This document shows positions 1 to 8,379 of a DNA stretch of 64,000 nt, piece by piece. The notes under the pieces were generated by a model. It saw only the letters and a program-made list of their open reading frames with translations, searched no databases and was not told the origin of the DNA. How positions within the stretch are numbered: position 1 is the stretch's first letter; each line of letters starts with the position of its first letter. The stretch lies in assembly GCA_963843165.1 (NCBI GenBank), contig CAWJJL010000052.1:1145-65144 (forward strand), written 5' to 3'. The position numbers were made by a program, and so were the translations under genes. This stretch comes from an uncultured delta proteobacterium. Lineage in GTDB: Bacteria > Desulfobacterota > Desulfomonilia > Desulfomonilales > Desulfomonilaceae.

Positions 1-133
1 GCGGTCAAGGCCAGATTGTGCCCTGATGGAACCCGGCGCCGACTTGCTGTGACTTTAGCCAAACACGCCCTATCTAGATTCTGCTGTCGCTTTATTGTAT
101 GAAAGACAAAATCCCATGTAGGAGCTCAATCGC

Positions 134-583
134 ATGAAGCAGATTCCCAATCCGTATGTACCGAGAACTTGTTTTTTCTGCGGAGCCGATAATCCCATTG
201 GATTGAAATTGATATTCTACGAAACTGAAAGTGAACCCAAGGAACTGGTCTGCCGCCTCAATCCTGCTTCACTTTATGCCGGCTATGGCAAAATATTACA
301 TGGGGGTATTCAAAGCGGCCTATTTGACGAAATCATGGGGTGGTCCACTTTTCAATTAACCGGGAAACTCGGTGTAACAGGTTCACTACAAATTGAATTT
401 CTTAAACCTCTGTATGTGGAGCAGGAAATCGAAGTTCGATGCAGGTTTACTTCGCAGGATGGGCCAAGAATGAACTTTTCAGCGGAAATTACTGATCAGG
501 ATGGAGCAATCTGCACAAGAGCAACAGGTACGTATGTAATCGTTGACGCTGAGAATTTCAAACGCCTGGTCGGGCAAGAATAG
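134..583 (+). CDS. PaaI-family (hotdog fold) thioesterase
   Basis: 149-aa ORF. An N-terminal Cys pair (CFFCG) is followed by the hotdog-core motif HGGIQSGLFDEIMG typical of PaaI-type thioesterases. Confidence 0.65.
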   Translation: MKQIPNPYVPRTCFFCGADNPIGLKLIFYETESEPKELVCRLNPASLYAGYGKILHGGIQSGLFDEIMGWSTFQLTGKLGVTGSLQIEFLKPLYVEQEIEVRCRFTSQDGPRMNFSAEITDQDGAICTRATGTYVIVDAENFKRLVGQE

Positions 584-636
584 GCTAGGCTTAGCTGACG
601 CCTCTCTCATGAAATCCGCTTAAGAAAGGAATAATC

Positions 637-1284
637 ATGTCCTTAAAAGAAGAACTGGACAGGCAACGAGAAATATCTCACAGACGCATTCCGGAGGATA
701 AATGGCAGGTCATGCAGGATGCTGCACAGGATTTGGCTGAGTCCGGGATAACTGAAAGATGTCTGAAAGTTGGGGATCTGGCGCCCGATTTTGATTTACC
801 AAATGCTCTTGGAAAATCAGTTGCTTTACGGGAACTTCTGAAAAGAGGTCCGGTGGTGTTGAGTTTTTACAGAGGCGGCTGGTGACCGTACTGCAATTTA
901 GAGCTGCGGTCGTTGCAGCGCCAGATGGAACGCATTAGGGAACTGGGAGCAACTGTTGTGGCTGTATCGCCTCAAACGACTGAAAGCTCTTTACAAACAA
1001 TGGAGAGAAATCAACTTTCATTCGATGTCCTTAGTGACTCAGGGAACAAGCTTGCGCGGCAGTTCGGAATCGTGTTCCAACTCCCGACTGAATTGAGGCC
1101 AATTTACGCAAAGTTCGGAATTAATCTTCCTTCGGTCAATGGCGACGATTCATTTGAGCTGCCGCTCACGGCAACTTACGTGATTGATCAGGATCAAAAG
1201 ATCAGGTTCGCTTTTGTGGATGCAGATTATACTAAAAGAATGGAGCCTGAAGAAATTGTGGCGGTACTGCGAAAGATATCGTGA
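637..1284 (+). CDS. Peroxiredoxin-like (AhpC/TSA, thioredoxin-fold) selenoprotein; in-frame UGA at 883-885 read as selenocysteine (UxxC redox motif)
   Basis: ORFs 637..885 and 913..1284 are in the same frame and are separated only by TGA 883-885. Read-through gives SFYRGGW-U-PYCNLELRS, where Prx-like proteins carry WCPYC. The downstream part (VVAVSPQ..., FDVLSD...) continues the AhpC/TSA fold. Confidence 0.75.
891..919 (+). promoter_or_regulatory. Candidate bacterial SECIS hairpin downstream of the UGA
   Basis: Two alternative stems start 6-18 nt after the UGA: CTGCAA(891-896)/TTGCAG(913-918), or GCTGC(903-907)/GCAGC(915-919) with a G/U-containing loop GGTCGTT. Confidence 0.4.
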
Positions 1285-1594
1285 TGACGGAGCATGATTC
1301 ATTCGCGGTTCAAGTCAGCAATTAAATCTTCCACATCATGGTAACTCTTTGATACGTCCTTCTTTCAGATCATTCATGGCTTCTGCATACCTCTGCTGCC
1401 ATTCATCAGTCCAGAAACCACGATTGATCTGTTTCCTCTTCGGAGTGACTCTTCACTGCCTGTTCGTCTGTCTTTGTCGTCACGCTCACTCCTCATTGCG
1501 AGATTTTTCTCACAATCTCTATGATGAAACATATCACTTGCAACTGATGCGGTCAACAACCCCCTCGAACGGAAAGGCTGCAAATTCCTGATAC

Positions 1595-2879
1595 TCAACC
1601 CGCCCTAGCCAAGGCTTTCTTGCCGATATCTTTTCTGTAATGCACGTTTTCCCAAGTGATTTTATCTACTGCTTGGTAAACTTTATGTATGGCCTGAGAG
1701 ATTCCGTTGCATTTGGCGGTAACCCCCAGAACCCGGCCTCCTGCGGTGATTAACCCTTTCGGTCCACTGGCGGTCCCCGCGTGGAAAACTTTTACTCCTT
1801 TCAGGGATTCGGCATCTCGAATTCCCGTGATGGTTTTACCTTTTTCGTAAGCTCCCGGATATCCTCCTGAAGCCATGACCACGCACACCGAATCAAGAGG
1901 CTCCCACTGAATTGTCATTCCTTCGAGGGTCCCTTCAATAGCACGCAAGCATCAGGGGCACCAGGTCGGATTCCATTCTGAACAGCAGCGGCTGCGCTTC
2001 GGGATCACCCATGCGCGCATTGAATTCCAGCACCTTAGCTTGTCCATCTTTTATCATCAATCCGGCATAAAGAAATCCAAGATATGAAGCATTTTCGGCT
2101 TCCAATGCACGTGTTACTGGAAACATGATTTTATTCATGATTTGATGATGAAGATTTTCGGTCACTACCGGTGCGGGCGAATACGCGCCCATTCCTCCAG
2201 TGTTGGGCCCCTTATCGTCGTCGAATACAGGTTTATGATCCTGAGAACTCGCCAGGGGGAGTACAAATTTGCCGTCGGTCAAAGCTATGAACGATGCTTC
2301 CTCACCTTCCAGGCATTCCTCTATGATGACCCTGTTTCCCGCGTCGCCAAAGGCTCGATCTTTCATAATGGAATTCAAGGCTGCGAGAGCTTCTTTGCGA
2401 TCATGACAAACAAAAACTCCTTTTCCCGCGGCAAGCCCGTCCGCCTTGACCACTACAGGCAAAGGTAGTTCCTCCAGATATTTTGACGCGGCCCCAAAAT
2501 TTTCAAAAACCTCGAAATCTGCACTTGGTATGCCATATTTTTGCAGAAGGCTTTTAGTAAATACTTTGCTCCCTTCAAGTTGAGCGGCTTTGGCGGAAGG
2601 GCCAAACACTTTAAGTCCGACTTCCTGAAAAGCGTCAGTCAAACCGTTTACTAACGGGGCTTCTGGGCCCACGACAGTGAGATCTACATTCTCTTCCAGG
2701 GCAAATTTACGAAGCTCCCCGATATCATCCGCGGAGATGTTTATCATCCGGCATTTCGGTTCTCCGGCTATACCCACATTTCCCGGTGCTGCAAGCACTT
2801 CAGAGACTAGTTCCGATTGGGCCATTTTCCATGCCAGAGTATGTTCGCGTCCCCCCGACCCGACAAGCAGGACCTTCAT
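1595..2879 (-). CDS. purD: Phosphoribosylamine--glycine ligase (PurD), frame broken as sequenced near 1938-1948
   Basis: The 314-aa ORF (MKVLLVGSGGREHTLAWK..., ATP-grasp) and the 117-aa ORF (AIEGTLEG...VVMASGGYPG...) form one PurD alignment with a 1-nt frame change at the junction. Confidence 0.85.
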
Positions 2880-2880
2880 C

Positions 2881-3372
2881 TTATTTCGCTCCTTGTGGTG
2901 ATTGGGCCCAAAGACCTTTCCGTTCTCTTTTCGCCTCCTGCTCGAGTTCCATATATGGCCTTACGTCAAAGCTCTTTTCGTCTCGATCAATTTCAGCCAG
3001 ACCCTGTCTGATCATTCTGGCAATAATATCTTCTCCGGACATATATAAAAAACCTTCTTTTGTGCCTTGTGGGTCATCGCGAGTAGTCTTAATCCGAACC
3101 CATTGATTTTCCAGAGAGTAGGTCAGGTAGGTCCTTGCCGGCTGTTCTTGGGACTGCGGCACATGCAAGCCGATCAATCGGAATCGAATAATATTTCCCA
3201 GGCTTCTAAGGCTGAATTCTTTTGAACTGATTATCTTGTCAACCCGCCACAGGTATTCCCCGCCTTCCATAGGAGGCCGGCTCACCATATAAAGATAAAA
3301 CGCTATTAGAATAAAAATTGCGGCAAATCCAGCCCAGAGTTTCCATTCCCCCTTCAATTGCAATTTGGCCAT
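2881..3372 (-). CDS. Thermonuclease (SNase-like) family protein with N-terminal membrane anchor
   Basis: C-terminal motif IIARMIRQGLAEI...ELEQEAKRERKGLWA is typical of staphylococcal-nuclease homologues, and a TM helix (WAGFAAIFILIAFYLYMV) is present. Start chosen at the internal Met (MAKLQLKG); the upstream extension to 3504 is possible. Confidence 0.55.
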   Translation of the reverse strand: MAKLQLKGEWKLWAGFAAIFILIAFYLYMVSRPPMEGGEYLWRVDKIISSKEFSLRSLGNIIRFRLIGLHVPQSQEQPARTYLTYSLENQWVRIKTTRDDPQGTKEGFLYMSGEDIIARMIRQGLAEIDRDEKSFDVRPYMELEQEAKRERKGLWAQSPQGAK

Positions 3373-3510
3373 TGAATGATCTCCTGAAGATCTGCATGAC
3401 GATGAGATTCGCGAAATGAGGAATTTTAGGACTAGCGGAGCTAATAAGGCAAGTGATTGAACGACAAGGATTCCGAAAAAAGATCTTCTCGAACGATGCA
3501 TCACGATCGG

Positions 3511-3717
3511 CTACCGCTCTTTAGCCAAGTCGGCGATTTTGGTGACTTCCGAGGTGAAGATTTCCTCTGCCTTGGCGAGGTCCGGGCCGATATAGCGCTG
3601 ATGAAGTCTCATATCAAAAGGAGACCTCACGATCACGGCATAGTCCTCCGAATCAAACTGGGCCAGTTTAACGAATGAACCGTGTCTGCCTTGGGCTTGC
3701 CTGGTAAGACGAAACAT
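3511..3717 (-). CDS. Hypothetical small protein (68 aa)
   Basis: ORF only; no recognisable motif. Start placed at the internal Met MFRLTRQ. Confidence 0.3.
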   Translation of the reverse strand: MFRLTRQAQGRHGSFVKLAQFDSEDYAVIVRSPFDMRLHQRYIGPDLAKAEEIFTSEVTKIADLAKER

Positions 3718-3848
3718 TATATATATGTAGCATGGCCCCGACGAATAGGGCAAGAAGTCTAGGCTGTATTGTTATTAGGAATTGCCCGGTTGATGAGCTA
3801 TACTGACAAATCGATTTTTGAAAACCGGACCGGGACGCAAGGTAATTG

Positions 3849-4600
3849 ATGGACGACGGGCTGGTAATAGAAACTCATGGCCTTGTGAAGGATTATATTG
3901 ACGGAACCAATGTTATCCACGCCCTTCGTGGGGCAAATATAAGAATTTATCGCGGGGAGATGGTGGCCATAATGGGTCCGTCAGGCTCCGGCAAATCCAC
4001 CCTTCTTTACGTCCTGGGACTTTTACATGCTCCGACTTCCGGCATTTACCTATTCAAGGGTCAAAATGTCCTGGATTTCAGCCTCAAGAACAGGCGCTGT
4101 TCAGGAACAGGGAGATGGGATTCGTCTTCCAGAGTTGCGATCTCTTAGCGAACTCAACTGTGTTTGAAAATCTGGAGCTTCCTCTGATTTATGCATCATC
4201 CGATAAGCGCACTCGAAGGAAGAAAATTTTAGATGCGCTGGACAAGGTAGGACTATCGCATCGAGTTGATCATTGGGCCAATCGTCTGTCCGGGGGAGAG
4301 CGCCAGAGGGCCGCCATGGCAAGAGCGCTCGTTAATAATCCATCATTGATATTAGGCGATGAGCCCACGGGTCAGCTCGATCAGAAAAACACCGATATAG
4401 TTGTTCAACAGCTACGATCATTAGCACGCCAAGGTTATACAGTAGTGCTGGTGACGCATGAAGAAGAAATAGGTCTGGCTTGTGATCGAATCATTAGAAT
4501 CCGAGACGGTTCGGTGGTCTCGGACGGTATGGAACAGAGAGCATCTGAAAGTCCTTCTCCAAAGAAACTAATTTCTGTAGTGCAGCAACATAATTCGTGA
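3849..4600 (+). CDS. ABC transporter ATP-binding protein (LolD/MacB-type), frame broken near 4080-4084
   Basis: Walker [10 protein letters not shown] lies in ORF 3846..4148. FRNREMGFVFQ, the signature LSGGERQR and Walker B LILGDEPT lie in ORF 4115..4600. The two parts join with a 1-nt shift. Confidence 0.8.
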
Positions 4601-4684
4601 TTTCAACTCTGGCCAGTCAGAAAGCCTTTCGGTCATCCGCAGCTAGTTGCTTCCGATCGAAAGGTAGCGCTTGAAACAAGGGAT

Positions 4685-5347
4685 TTGTCTCGTTTGGTCA
4701 GAGGTAAGACTCTTGTCAGCAATATCAGCCTGAACGTGCATGAGGGGGAAGTATTAGCAGTAGTCGGACCTAGTGGAGCCGGTAAGTCGTCCTTCTTACG
4801 GCTGCTCAACCGCCTCGATGAGCCATCGGGCGGGACAGTGCTCCTCTATGGTCAAGATTATCGTGAGCTAGCCCCGCGAGAGTTAAGGCGTCGCGTTGGG
4901 ATGGTGATGCAGTCTGCTCATCTATTTCCCGGAACCGTCGCGGACAATTTGCGGTTCGGGCCGCACCAACACGGCCAAGATTTGACTACCTCAAAGATCG
5001 ACGCTCTGCTGGAACAGGTAGGATTGGAAGGGTTTGCCTCACGAGATGTATTGTATCTGTCTGTCGGCGAAGCCCAACGCGTTTCATTGGCAAGGACTCT
5101 GGCGAACCGACCGGAGGTATTGCTGCTGGATGAACCCACTTCAGCCCTGGATCAACGGGCAGAACGCGAGATTGAGTCCCTATTAACGCTCATCCTCAGC
5201 AACGAGCATTTGACAGCCCTGATAATTACCCACGACAGCGCACAGGCAGCCCGCATTGCCAGCCGAGCCATCTTGATCAACGCCGGTAGACTGATCTGCG
5301 ATGGCACAGTCGCAGAGGTGCTCCATGCTGAATCAACTCTTCACTGA
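4685..5347 (+). CDS. ABC transporter ATP-binding protein (FetA/YbbL-like)
   Basis: Walker A GPSGAGKSS, signature-like LSVGEAQR and Walker B LLLDEPTSALD. Family-like sequence (VALETRDLS) continues upstream of the TTG at 4685 without an obvious start codon, so the 5' end is uncertain. Confidence 0.7.
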   Translation: MSRLVRGKTLVSNISLNVHEGEVLAVVGPSGAGKSSFLRLLNRLDEPSGGTVLLYGQDYRELAPRELRRRVGMVMQSAHLFPGTVADNLRFGPHQHGQDLTTSKIDALLEQVGLEGFASRDVLYLSVGEAQRVSLARTLANRPEVLLLDEPTSALDQRAEREIESLLTLILSNEHLTALIITHDSAQAARIASRAILINAGRLICDGTVAEVLHAESTLH

Positions 5348-6125
5348 TCCTATTGCGTTGCGCGCCGCACAGGCAGTAAGTGCAGCCGGGTTTGCAATGC
5401 TGGTAGCCTTTCTGGCACGCCGACTGGGCATTTACTTACAACGGGAAGCAGGGATTGCGCTGGTACGCGGGATTACCCAGATCATCATCGTCGGATTATT
5501 GCTGACATTCGTTTTAGGAGCCGCTCAGTGGCTCAGTGCGGTTGTGCTTGTGGGCATGATGCTGGCCGGAGCAGTCATTGCCGCTCGCCGGACGAAGCAC
5601 ATCCCCGGTATCCTTCAGGTGACAACCCGCTCGATTCTTATGGGCGCCGGGCTGGTTATAGGAATCATGGTCATTCTGGGGGTCATCGATAGTACGCCGG
5701 CGGCCTTAATCCCGGTCGGGAGCATGCTGATCGCCAACGCGATGAACACGACCGCCCTGGCGCTGGATCGATTCCGAGCAGAGATCGAGGCCCACGCCGG
5801 GCAAGTGGAGGCTGGATTAGCACTAGGAGCGTCCCCCAGCGCAGTCGTCGCGCCCTATATGAGTGAGGCTGTACAAGCCAGCATCATTCCTAGCATCAAC
5901 AATTTGCGCTCGCTGGGGATTGTATGGATTCCTGGCGTTATGGCCGGTATGATACTGGCGGGGAGTGACCCTGTTCTTGCAGCAAGCTACCAGTTTGTAG
6001 TGGTCGCGATGCTGTTTGCTACGGCTGGAACAACCGCACTGCTCTGCACATTTTTCGTGCGCTCGCATGCCTTTTCAGGGGCTGAACAACTGATTCTCCG
6101 GATGGCGGAGAAAGAATCCAAATAG
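5325..6125 (+). CDS. Polytopic membrane permease, FetB/YbbM (UPF0014)-like partner of the preceding ATPase
   Basis: About 266 aa with multiple hydrophobic helices, overlapping the stop of the ATPase gene. The size and pairing match the FetAB arrangement. Confidence 0.5.
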   Translation: MLNQLFTDPIALRAAQAVSAAGFAMLVAFLARRLGIYLQREAGIALVRGITQIIIVGLLLTFVLGAAQWLSAVVLVGMMLAGAVIAARRTKHIPGILQVTTRSILMGAGLVIGIMVILGVIDSTPAALIPVGSMLIANAMNTTALALDRFRAEIEAHAGQVEAGLALGASPSAVVAPYMSEAVQASIIPSINNLRSLGIVWIPGVMAGMILAGSDPVLAASYQFVVVAMLFATAGTTALLCTFFVRSHAFSGAEQLILRMAEKESK

Positions 6126-6164
6126 AATATACATTGGAGCAGTAGTCGATCTACGCCATATCTA

Positions 6165-6190
6165 ATCCCTTAATGCTTTATTAAAGGGAT
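6165..6190. terminator. AT-rich hairpin between convergent genes (possible bidirectional terminator)
   Basis: ATCCCTTAAT...ATTAAAGGGAT imperfect inverted repeat in the 105-bp gap between the permease (+) and the nucleotidyltransferase (-). Confidence 0.3.
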
Positions 6191-6230
6191 GCAGGCCATT
6201 AACTGTTTCCGGGCGCTTTTTTGGCCACAC

Positions 6231-6962
6231 TCACTTATCAAGACCCTTTTCTCGAACGAACTTTTTGAAATCTTCATAACTTTCGGGAGTTCCTATATCG
6301 AAGAAGGAGCGTTTGGAAACCAGACCGCACATCCGTCCGGAGTCGGCCAATTTCGGAAAGATCTCTCGCTCCATCGAGAAGGCCCGATCACCCGGAAGCT
6401 CACTGATGAAGTTTTTGGAAATCAGCGAGAAACCTGCGTTGATTAGGCCCGGTCCTCTGATTCCCTCCTGTTTCTCATGAAACCCTGCTACGAGGCCGTT
6501 CTCAGTCACAGTTACGGAACCATAACGGCCCGCATCTGCGACGGGCAACAGCGACAAAGTCACGTCAGCGGCCTTTTTGTGGTGTAATTGAATCAGTCGG
6601 TTAATATCTCCATCGAAAAAAGTATCCCCATTGATCAGTAGAGAAGGGTCTGTTGCAAGATTTTCAGCCTTCTTCACGGCGCCGCCTGTTCCCAATGGAG
6701 TTTGTTCATGTGAAAAGCGAATACGGGAATTAATATTATTTAACTCCGTGAAATACTCTTCAATGAAATCGCCCATATAGCCGACCAAGAGCACGAACTC
6801 GCGGATTCCTTTTTCCGCGAGAGAGTCGATCAATATTTCGATAAATGGTACGCCGTATACCAATGCCATGGGTTTAGGACGGTCGGAAACTATCGCCCGA
6901 AGCCTGGTTCCCATTCCTCCGGCAAGGATCAGTGCTGTAATGGGCAAGCTCCGCGACGACAA
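6231..6962 (-). CDS. Sugar-phosphate nucleotidyltransferase (mannose-1-P guanylyltransferase / HddC-like)
   Basis: N-terminal LILAGGMGTRL motif, followed by PLGTGGAV and LINGD. Start placed at TTG 6962, just after the repaired stop of the upstream gene; the ORF extends to 7022. Confidence 0.75.
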   Translation of the reverse strand: MSSRSLPITALILAGGMGTRLRAIVSDRPKPMALVYGVPFIEILIDSLAEKGIREFVLLVGYMGDFIEEYFTELNNINSRIRFSHEQTPLGTGGAVKKAENLATDPSLLINGDTFFDGDINRLIQLHHKKAADVTLSLLPVADAGRYGSVTVTENGLVAGFHEKQEGIRGPGLINAGFSLISKNFISELPGDRAFSMEREIFPKLADSGRMCGLVSKRSFFDIGTPESYEDFKKFVREKGLDK

Positions 6963-6966
6963 TTTT

Positions 6967-7726
6967 TTACACCTGTTGACCGGAGCGATTGCATCTGCAA
7001 GCCGGGTCCGGTTTAATTTCACAAATCTGAAACTGATTGCGCCAGAAGTCCATCACGAATAGGCCGGGCAGTATGTTATCCCAACTCCCCACCAGAAACC
7101 TTGATGGCTTCCGTCACCTCAATGGATGCTACTGCACTTGCAGCCGAAGAGAGGATTCCCACACTGGAAGCTCTCGGATGATTTTCCACAGCGCCCGGAT
7201 CCGGCCACAGGCACCTCAGACATGGCGTGCGTCCGGGGATTATGGTCATAACGTTGCCCGCGCATTCAACCGCGCCCCCGAAAACATAGGGAATGCCTCG
7301 ATCAATGATTGCATCATTGATAAAGTACCGTGCCTTCATATTATCCAGAGCGTCTACCACCAGATCAACCCCGTCAACTAGCTCTTCGACGTTATGCGAT
7401 CCGATTGTCGCGGCAATCGCCTCGATCTCGATTCCTGAATTCGCCGCCAACAACCGTTCTTTGGCAGCTTGCGGTTTCGAGACCCCTCGCGCGACGTCGG
7501 CCTCATCATAAAGGATCTGTCGATGGAGATTGTGCAACTCAGGTGAGTCCAGGTCCGCAATCCTCATGAACCCTACGCCGGCCCTTGCCAACAGAGTCGC
7601 GATGAGCGACCCGAGAGCCCCCAATCCGGCCACAAATACGCGAGAATTCTCAATCCGTGATTGACCCTCCTCACCGATCATTTTGAGCAGTATGTGACGA
7701 CTGTATCGAGGTATAGGAGGTTCCAT
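6967..7726 (-). CDS. ThiF/MoeB/HesA-family E1-like adenylyltransferase, frame broken near 7076-7082
   Basis: RYSRHILL, GLGALGS (nucleotide-binding) and the CLRC motif. After the apparent stop, the +1 frame continues with the family-typical tail DNILPGLFVMDF...KPDPACRC. Confidence 0.75.
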
Positions 7727-7911
7727 ATTGAATGGCTCCGTCAGGAATCGAGGGCTCACTTCGGCAAGCGAATGACCAGGGAGAGAAAAACTCTTTTGCA
7801 AAAGATTTTTCTCCCTGGAACCTCTTTCCAGCCCAGTTGCGCAAGAAGCAAGACCTGACCCCACGCAGTAGCCCCTCAGCTACGAGGGTCCCAATGCGGG
7901 GTCACCACATC

Positions 7912-8370
7912 CTACGTGAGCGGATTGGCATCTGAGGGGGCGGGTTCACTCGCAACTTGGCCCAACGGCGATGGCCCGATTTCCGCGAGCCGGTCGGTCA
8001 TGGTCTGGACGGCTGCTACGAACTTTTGGGCCATAGATGCGGACATATTGAACATCTCAAGGCGGCGTGGGTCAATGCCGGTGTCCTCGAGGAGCTGTTT
8101 GGTATATTCCACCACCTGCCTGGCTCGTAGGTTCCCTTCAACAAAGTGGCATTCGCCTTCCATACACCCAGCGACGAATACAGCATCGGCGCCGTAGCGG
8201 AATGCTTCCAATAGGAGAATCGGCTCCACCTTTCCGGTACAGAGCAGCTTCACGATCCTGACATTGTGTGGATACTGTAGCCGCATGGAACCGGCCAGAT
8301 CCGCGGCATTATACGCGCAATAAGTGCACGTGAACGCTATGATTTTCATATCTTGAGTGTCCATCGGCAT
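7912..8370 (-). CDS. mvhD: Methyl-viologen-reducing hydrogenase delta subunit (MvhD)-like protein
   Basis: IIAFTCTYCAYNAADLAG...VKLLCTGKVEP...GADAVFVAGC..GECHF is the MvhD/FlpD signature; the gene lies 10 nt downstream of the Hdr fusion gene. Confidence 0.8.
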   Translation of the reverse strand: MPMDTQDMKIIAFTCTYCAYNAADLAGSMRLQYPHNVRIVKLLCTGKVEPILLLEAFRYGADAVFVAGCMEGECHFVEGNLRARQVVEYTKQLLEDTGIDPRRLEMFNMSASMAQKFVAAVQTMTDRLAEIGPSPLGQVASEPAPSDANPLT

Positions 8371-8379
8371 TCTTCCTGA

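Noticed and set aside
1300-1320. The GGTTCAAGTC T-loop-like string, and the GCCACCA string at 49984-49990, as signs of a tRNA or tmRNA
   Set aside because: No complementary T-stem, acceptor stem or anticodon arm can be drawn around either string.
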